Assembly: GCA_030167865.1 (NCBI GenBank) | Contig: JALAGF010006229.1 | Coordinates: 1-64,000, forward strand | From: Craspedostauros australis | Taxonomy: Eukaryota | Direction of reading: 5' to 3' | Length of the DNA: 64,000 nt | Shown here: positions 57,021-64,000 of the stretch, one piece after another | How positions within the stretch are numbered: position 1 is the stretch's first letter | Layout of the letters: every line of letters starts with the position of its first letter | The notes under the pieces: generated by a model | Databases searched by the model: none | Seen by the model: only the letters and a program-made list of their open reading frames with translations | Told to the model about the DNA's origin: nothing | Position numbers and translations under genes: made by a program

Positions 57021-58286
57021 TCAGAACTCAAAGAGGAAGATCATCTCGCCGTTCTCACCGTTTTCGTCGCAATCATCGATGGCGTCGTGGCCGTCTTCGT
57101 CGTCCAAGCATCCCTCCCAGTCCAACGTCGAGGAATCGTCGGACGGTGGCGGCGGCGCTTCCGCCGGTCCATTGCGTTGGATCTTCTGTCGATGCCGCTG
57201 GATGCGATCGTACATCTCCGAAGTCCGATCGTCGAGCAAGCGCATCAGGAAACGCGCGTTGTCGTCGGTGTCGTCGAAATCGTAGCCGTGCAAGGATTCC
57301 GACACGTGATGCGGGTCCACCCACCGTGAATGGAGCTCACGCTCACCGGAGACTGCGGAGTCCAGCTCTGTGTTGCCACTGAACATGCTGGAGCGCTCCG
57401 GGTTCTGTATGGGCACGGAACGTGATCTTCTGTACGATGGCGTCGTATCCATGTGACCGGCATGGGGAAGTTGGCCTTCATGGCCTTGCCGGTGAGGAGG
57501 CAGAGCGTGCAGCGGCATGGCAGCCGTGCGCGATGGCGACGACGGCGATGAACACGATGATGAGGCCTGCGTGGAATGGAAGGGAGAACAGGCCGTGCCC
57601 TGGCAGTCGCCCGATGATGCCATCGTTGTTGTAGCGACCCCAGCGGGGGGAGAAGGCGTTGCTCTTATCCTGTCCATCCTTGCAGCGGCGGCTGTTCTTG
57701 GGCGCGCGAGTGTACTTGTGCTTGTTGCCACAGGGGCCGTGGACGGAGCAGGCTTGAGAGACTCATGCATGCTGCTGGGTGCTGCCCGAGACCTTTGGGG
57801 CGCTCCATGCCTGTACCTGCAGGCTCCCGCAGCATTGCTGCTTGAATCTGAAGTTGAGATTGTGGTGGCCGTGCTCGTGGAACCGGTTGTGCCGTGGTGG
57901 CGTTCCGTGGTCGATGGGGCGAATTCCGACCTCGCACGGCCCTTCCAGAGACCTTGGTGGTGGCTGTCGTATTGTCTGTCACCATGATTGTTGCTGTCGC
58001 TGTCGATGTTGCTGTAGCTGCCATCGTCAGAGTCGCAACGACTCCTGAACGGTGTCTTGCGCAGGCAACTGTCGAACAGCAATCCGATGCGTGGCTTGTC
58101 CTCTTGCTGGCACTGCTCCGTGCGTTGATTCATCGGCCAGCGCGTCCCCGTCACGAGGTCAGATTTGCGTGCTTGACGTGATGCTGTTTCCTTAGTCCCT
58201 TTGGCTTCAGCTCTGGCTTCAGCTTGGGCGACATGGGTGTGCGATTGCTCCTGCTCCTGTTGGTGCTTCGATGCGTGAACACCCAT
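57021..58286 (-). CDS. Disordered hypothetical protein with a C-terminal helix (TSEMYDRI) and an acidic/hydrophobic tail (EMIFLFEF*)
   Basis: 421-aa ATG-initiated ORF. MGVHASK N-terminus. The C-terminal motifs resemble a recurrent diatom family as I recall it (T-W-x-M-Y-x-R-I...IFxxxx*). Confidence 0.7.
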   Translation of the reverse strand: MGVHASKHQQEQEQSHTHVAQAEARAEAKGTKETASRQARKSDLVTGTRWPMNQRTEQCQQEDKPRIGLLFDSCLRKTPFRSRCDSDDGSYSNIDSDSNNHGDRQYDSHHQGLWKGRARSEFAPSTTERHHGTTGSTSTATTISTSDSSSNAAGACRYRHGAPQRSRAAPSSMHESLKPAPSTAPVATSTSTLARPRTAAAARMDRIRATPSPPAGVATTTMASSGDCQGTACSPFHSTQASSSCSSPSSPSRTAAMPLHALPPHRQGHEGQLPHAGHMDTTPSYRRSRSVPIQNPERSSMFSGNTELDSAVSGERELHSRWVDPHHVSESLHGYDFDDTDDNARFLMRLLDDRTSEMYDRIQRHRQKIQRNGPAEAPPPPSDDSSTLDWEGCLDDEDGHDAIDDCDENGENGEMIFLFEF

Positions 58287-59880
58287 GGTGTGACGATATG
58301 ATTGCGTGCCCAGCCTTGAGGAAATGGAGGCGATGTAGCTTGTCGGTGGGGAGTTAAGAGAGTGACGTTGGCTGCTTGAATACTCGCACAGTTTGAGGTT
58401 GAGTTGGAGTTAGAGTTGCACTTGGCAATGCCAATTCGGATGCGGGCGGAGCGTTGGCTGTTGGCTTGTTCGATGATTTTGTGGGCGTCAGTGTCAGTGT
58501 TAGTGTCGGTGTCGGTGTCACAATGCTCGAAGCCCGGATGGTTTGGGCTCTGGATGGGAGGGCTAAGTACGAGTACGTCGCGGTTGACGTCGCTTCTCTT
58601 TCCTGGTGCTGCGAGTGTGAATGGCTCCGAGGTTGTTTTGGTGTTGGCCTCGACTTCGACGTGGGCTTTGCCTTGACTGTGACTTTGACTCCCTTGGCCT
58701 TGACCTTTTGGATGGACACCTGAGGCGGCTTTACAATCAGAATGCTAATGGCCTCTGATGACACGAGAGACCGCACAGAGAGGAGAGGACGCTGGGCAGC
58801 GGCGAATCGGGAGGCTGATGGGCAGCAATTGAAGAGGACGGGAGCGTCTCCCCACAAACACGCAAAGGAGCGGCACCAACGGAGATTCACGACAAACGGC
58901 AGAGGCGGTGATACGTGACCCCCACGACAACAGGCAACAGCTCCAGATGCCGTTTGTGGTCTGTGCTGCACGACGACAGGCGCGATTTTCCATCGTGGGC
59001 TGATGTGTGCGAGTTTGGGTGGCTGTTGGGAAATCGTTTGGTGGCTGGTGTCTGTCGGCCAAATGGTGGACTGGAACAAGACATACTATCCACCAATCAA
59101 AACGGGTATCAGAACAGCTGATGCGGATAGTACTTCACTAGTCTCACAAGAGGGCCTTCTGATTCGCCCAGAGAACGAGAAAAGAAGAAATCGCCACACG
59201 GTCTGGCTTCAACAGCCACGCAACGGCACAATCTCAACACGTTGTGATCGAACGCAACGGTGAGGTGTCAAAAACGTCATGCTGCCACACGAGGCTGCCA
59301 CGACCACACAGCCTGTATACAAAAGAGGAGAGGGTGCTTCTGGCATCAAGGGAAACAGTCAAATACTACTTCGAGGTACTTCAAGTCGTGTTGTTGGCGT
59401 TCTTGTGGAGGGCAGTACGCGTGCGTCAAGCAGGGGGATGGATCGACGGACTCTGCGCGCAACCCCACACGCTCCGAGCATCGTATCGTGCCGTTTGAGA
59501 TTCATGTGAAGAGGCGAAGATTCTCAAGGGGTGCAGCGGATCCGCTCCATACTCCTGCGAATGCAAACTTCACATTCGTCATGCTATACATAAACTGCTC
59601 CACTCTACTCTACTGTACTCCCCGATGATGACTCATCGTCGTATCTGCCCCCTATTGCTCTGGTCTTGTATCAATGTTGGTCGTTGCCGAGATCTGCGGA
59701 GAACAGCAGCTTCGGCATCAACTGACGAGGAAGCATCTCCACGAGGGAACTGCTTGCGTGGCGGCTTCGCCTTCTCCACGATTTCTCTTTTTTGGTTGGC
59801 TTGCGTCACCAATCTTGTGTGCGCAAGTCACACGATGCAGACCGTGGAGATTTGGTTGGTCGAGAGGATCCCGGTGGAAT

Positions 59881-59966
59881 TTTGAAACTCATAACCCATT
59901 CCAGCAAATTCCGAACGTTATACTAACGTTATATTTGAAACATCAAGAAAACGAAATGGCGCGAAA
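59881..59966. promoter_or_regulatory. Two CHR-like TTTGAA motifs plus an E2F-like GCGCGAAA upstream of the 60198 gene
   Basis: TTTGAA at 59881 and 59934, GCGCGAAA at 59959-59966. Confidence 0.35.
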
Positions 59967-60197
59967 AAGCAGAGAACGACCCTTGGCTGTTGGCGTGAGA
60001 AAGCAGGTCGGGAGTGGGGTGTGGACATGCGCGGACGTCAACGTGCACGTGAGCACGAGAGATCTCGAATCACAAGCATGCTCGCAAAGATCTTGCCGCC
60101 ACAAAATGAAACTAAACAGACCATCCATAGTGGACGAAGTGGGAGAGTGTTCACGTCTTGGATCTTTCCTCGTGCACGAATCTGCAAGCCCAATGCC

Positions 60198-63100
60198 ATG
60201 AGCCGCAACATGAACTGCAACATGGCCACCAGCACGAACACCAGCATGAGTGCTCCCTCCGACTTGGACTCCGTGTGCACGACGGCAACCACGACGTCGA
60301 CGCAAGCGAAGATCCCATGTTTTTCTTGCCAAGGGGATACTTCCGACTCAGAAGACAGCATGTGGCACTGTGCGGACAATGATGCTGGCAATGATGCTGA
60401 CAATGATACCCAGAAGACTTCTGCAACTTGCGAGTATTGGTACAAGGATGCACCTCCTCCTCCTCCTGCAAGCAGAGGATGGGATGATAGCGGAGTGGAG
60501 CAAGACTTCCATCAGAGTTCCATGGCTGCGTACCGCAGCATCCAGGTGCTTGCTTGCTTCCATTATGCAGCGTGGTCCTCGTGCATCTGCTTTTCCATCC
60601 AACACCAACAGGTCATCGCCATGTGCCACATGCACGACAGCAGCAGCAGCAGCCCATCGGCAACATCACGGGTCATCGCACAAGATACGATATCCACGAG
60701 GACTTCGCGAGCAACCGCCGCACAAGGCATGGTATCCAGCTGGACGCAGCGACCTCTCTTTGCTTCTTCCGCGCCGAGCCAATCTGCCACCAGGGCCCCT
60801 TTTGCGCACGACCTCCCCGCGGATCATGCGGCCAACCTCATCTTCCAACATCCACCGCAGATTCCAGCGAATCTCTTTGCTCCCGTCAATACCCCTCGAG
60901 CGACTCTCTCCTTGGTTGGTGCTGTGAAGCTTGATCAACTCTCCACTCCAATCCGCCCAAATCTCTCGCAATCAAGACATGTCACCAACCGATGTCTCTA
61001 CGAGCACTTGATCACGATGATGGATGACATGTACGATGAGCTGATGGATGCTGTGGACGCGGCCAGTGGCTTCCACAATCAGGAGATTCCCCAAGGTATC
61101 GACACCTCGATGGGTGACTACTTTCCGGAGCAAGACGCCTCTTGGGATGAGCAAGAACCACAACTGCTGCAGCAGCACCATCACCACCAATCACAGCCGC
61201 AACGAGCTGAAGAGCACGACGAAGAACACGACGAATGCGAACAAGAACCTGGCGTCGACAGCGTTGGCGGCGTGAATTCTTCCCAACACGCTCCCGAGCC
61301 AAGCTCCAGCCACGCTGGTAGAGACAGTTCAAGCAAGGTCGACGAATCTACCGCAGATCAACGAAGTGGTGCCGATTGCCAGTGCCAGTGCAGAGATCAA
61401 GCATCGCTGCCAGGCACGAATGAAGACGTGGACCAAAACGAAGATCTGCGTGTGCTCGTACACGCAGGGGCGAAGGAAGACGTCCGCAAAGACGTGGATC
61501 TCGATGCAGACGATGCTATGGAAGCAGATGCAGATGCCAAGGTCGACACGGAGCAAGACGCTGAATCCAAACAACCAGTACATGACCCCAAAGTAGACCA
61601 ACGGCAAACTCCAAACAAGGAGCCGGATCATGAAGCCGCCGATGAAACCGCCGAAGCCGCGGAAACGAAAGAACGCAAGAAGCGCCCGCCCGCGAGCACT
61701 GTCCAGCTGGTTCATGATCAGCCAACCGAGGATCGCGCTCTGATAGACGCACCTTCAGACTCCGAACCCCCTGTTGCAACTTCGTTGTTGGAGAAATACG
61801 GATTGGCAATCGGCATGGCCAACTGCGAAGGATCTCACCCATCTCCACCCAATCGCCATCTACGGGACGAGGAGCACATCAATGTGACGGCTACAATTTC
61901 GACGACGAATGCAACCGTACTCGCACAGCGCAACTCCGCGCAGCCGGAGGCAACGACTGGGTCCGAAGCAAGGCGCAAGAAAGTTCCTCGTGTGTCGCCA
62001 GACAAGGCGAGTGCGCCACTAGACTCTGCCCTGCTCAGCACCGGACGCGACAACACTATGCCGCCGCAATCACCATCACCGGCTTCACCGGCATCGTATC
62101 CGTCGTCACCATCATACTCAAACAGAACCAACGAAGCTACCGTGGAACGCAGCATCCCAAGCGGTGCTACTCGAAACACCTGCACCCCATCGCGCCAACG
62201 TCCAAACGTAGATTCAAGAGCGATGTCCCAGCACACAGCAATCGTTCCAGTAGATGGCACGGACGACCAAAACCAACCGCCACTCTCATCTCCCACACAG
62301 CACGGAGCAAGCAGGAAGCGACCACCTGCCCTGGAAGCGCAGTCAAAGCCCAAGCGGCCAAGACGAATACTGGGAACCGTTGACACCAACTCCGCCCTTG
62401 GCGAATCATTGCAAACGTGTCCCACTTCCGCGACTGCACACGGTCCAGGCAGCACCATCGTCAACTCCTGCATTTCGCAATTTCGTGAAGGTCACATGCG
62501 CGATCGCTGTCTTGAGAATCCAGTCGCCGCGAGACAGGATCATGGGGTTGGAGGAAACGAAGGGATGCGAAAACAAGAAGATGATGCCTCCTTCCAGCGT
62601 CGGGGGGCAAATCAACATCGCCAACAGTCTCCACAACAACAGCAGCAACGACATGAGCCGCAGCAAGAACAGCAGCAACAACACATCATCCTGCTGATAT
62701 GTTCCGAAGCCTTCGTGGAGCGTTGGGGTGAGGTAATTGTAGGGCTGATGCAGTTTCGTATCAATAGCCAGGCAAAGTATGGACAGATCGCTGCGAGCGG
62801 CAACAGCAACGGCACTCACAATGATCAAGCCACAGAACCAACAAAGCAGAAGGATGCCATCCTTGTTGTCCACGACACTCCCATGCTTGCTGCTTGCCAA
62901 GTGGATATTGAATTCCCAGGCAGTATCGGTGTGATTGTGGCCTCCTTGGAAGACATGCGACACGATCAGGTCCGAGCCAGTTTCATCGAGCGCACCGTCA
63001 AAGTCGCGGGGTGCGGACGCTACCGCCATCTCATCGTGTTCCTTGTGTGCCCGTCAACAGGAGTCGACGCGGCCATGTCCCAGAGTGTTGCGCAGATCCA

Positions 63101-63749
63101 GAATGCCCTTCTCTGCTTCTCCCCAACCCCAGTCCATTTCTACGTCATGTTTGCCACGGTGCTGTCGGCACACCTTGATCGTCTGTTCCGCGTGAAGGTG
63201 CCTGATTCCTGGGGCATCAAGCTGCGCCCGATGCTTGCCAATCCCCGCGCGATGGAACGCGTCCGTTTCCTTCTCAACCTCATCCCAACGCTGTCATTAC
63301 ACGAGGCACTCTGGATGCTCGACCCTGGCCCTTTCAATGGCAGAGATCCCGATGAGATGGTCATGCTCACGCGCTTCCAGGCGTTGCTGGGGAAAAATAA
63401 TCGCCTTCGGGCCATCTTGCTGAAGGACGTCGAGGAGAATCCCAATCGGAAGCCGCAGATCCGAGTAGCCCCGATCATCCAGCTTCAGATCATCGTTCAT
63501 GCTGTCGTCGCAAGCTTCCAACCGTGCCCGCCGATGCCGCAAAGCCAGCTTCAACCTGGATCGGGAGGCAGATGGGGGCCACAATCATCTCCGCCAACAA
63601 CACCGATGGGACGTCAGGCTGATGCGCCAGCGGAAGCGATCGAGATGCAACTGCGAATGCAAACCAGCATGCAAGGGCATTCGCGACAGCCGTACATGGA
63701 TGGATCTACGGGGAATGGGCCCTTCCGTCCCTACCACCGCCACTATTGA
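60198..63749 (+). CDS. Large mostly disordered protein with a C-terminal XPF/ERCC4-like and HhH-like region; candidate SHOC1/Zip2 relative
   Basis: ORF of more than 1100 codons, start uncertain, with a possible in-frame 66-nt intron at 60546-60611. The globular C-terminus reads IILLICSEAF...VDIEF...GVIV...RYRHLIVFLV...ERVRFLLNLIPTLSLHEALWML. The CDS is likely; the family assignment is tentative. Confidence 0.7.
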   Translation: MSRNMNCNMATSTNTSMSAPSDLDSVCTTATTTSTQAKIPCFSCQGDTSDSEDSMWHCADNDAGNDADNDTQKTSATCEYWYKDAPPPPPASRGWDDSGVEQDFHQSSMAAYRSIQVLACFHYAAWSSCICFSIQHQQVIAMCHMHDSSSSSPSATSRVIAQDTISTRTSRATAAQGMVSSWTQRPLFASSAPSQSATRAPFAHDLPADHAANLIFQHPPQIPANLFAPVNTPRATLSLVGAVKLDQLSTPIRPNLSQSRHVTNRCLYEHLITMMDDMYDELMDAVDAASGFHNQEIPQGIDTSMGDYFPEQDASWDEQEPQLLQQHHHHQSQPQRAEEHDEEHDECEQEPGVDSVGGVNSSQHAPEPSSSHAGRDSSSKVDESTADQRSGADCQCQCRDQASLPGTNEDVDQNEDLRVLVHAGAKEDVRKDVDLDADDAMEADADAKVDTEQDAESKQPVHDPKVDQRQTPNKEPDHEAADETAEAAETKERKKRPPASTVQLVHDQPTEDRALIDAPSDSEPPVATSLLEKYGLAIGMANCEGSHPSPPNRHLRDEEHINVTATISTTNATVLAQRNSAQPEATTGSEARRKKVPRVSPDKASAPLDSALLSTGRDNTMPPQSPSPASPASYPSSPSYSNRTNEATVERSIPSGATRNTCTPSRQRPNVDSRAMSQHTAIVPVDGTDDQNQPPLSSPTQHGASRKRPPALEAQSKPKRPRRILGTVDTNSALGESLQTCPTSATAHGPGSTIVNSCISQFREGHMRDRCLENPVAARQDHGVGGNEGMRKQEDDASFQRRGANQHRQQSPQQQQQRHEPQQEQQQQHIILLICSEAFVERWGEVIVGLMQFRINSQAKYGQIAASGNSNGTHNDQATEPTKQKDAILVVHDTPMLAACQVDIEFPGSIGVIVASLEDMRHDQVRASFIERTVKVAGCGRYRHLIVFLVCPSTGVDAAMSQSVAQIQNALLCFSPTPVHFYVMFATVLSAHLDRLFRVKVPDSWGIKLRPMLANPRAMERVRFLLNLIPTLSLHEALWMLDPGPFNGRDPDEMVMLTRFQALLGKNNRLRAILLKDVEENPNRKPQIRVAPIIQLQIIVHAVVASFQPCPPMPQSQLQPGSGGRWGPQSSPPTTPMGRQADAPAEAIEMQLRMQTSMQGHSRQPYMDGSTGNGPFRPYHRHY

Positions 63750-64000
63750 TTGAGCCCAGACAAATGGAATCTACCAAACCAAACCAAACCAATGGTGATG
63801 GCTATGCAAAATAAACCGCAGCGATACAACATTAGTACAGTCATTTGATCATACTCGCTGACATGATGGGACGACTTGGATGTTTGTAGGGCGCGCGAAC
63901 TGCCTTTGTGAACGGACCGGCATTGGCAACATGGCAAATACAGGCTCTAAACAAGTGCTCCGATTAAACTCTAAAACAGTTGGAATGTCGGATCCGCCGC

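Noticed and set aside
58354..59079. 241-aa minus-strand ORF upstream of the 57021-58286 gene
   Set aside because: It consists of simple-repeat-derived sequence and is likely 5' UTR or promoter. An upstream exon cannot be fully excluded.
1..64000. CRISPR arrays, rRNA or tRNA genes, prokaryotic operons or defence systems
   Set aside because: I saw no repeat-spacer arrays or structured RNA genes, and the gene content and introns are eukaryotic.

Overview
Eukaryotic nuclear DNA with spliceosomal GT-AG introns, most likely from a diatom (inferred from gene-family motifs and compact gene spacing; species not determinable). About 1-3 kb is a gapped, partly duplicated transposon zone: a LINE-type ORF1 on the minus strand running off the window, abutting a Ty1/Copia protease fragment. 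The rest is gene-dense. Recognisable genes are Polo-like kinase (3 exons), RPN10, GPN3, a plasmepsin-V-like aspartic protease, a BRAP/ETP1 E3 ligase, a METTL21-type methyltransferase, condensin CAP-D2 (3 exons), HIRA and three ankyrin-repeat genes, one with a decayed 3' half. Poorly characterised genes of most interest are a SHOC1/Zip2-like XPF-HhH protein, an A-B-A-B Cys/His repeat protein, a FAR1/MULE-like protein with no catalytic core, a triple-NURR prion-like protein and a possibly myristoylated protein with a TOS-like tail. CHR (TTTGAA) and E2F-like motifs occur upstream of the cell-cycle and chromosome genes. All homology calls come from reading motifs by eye; no searches were run.
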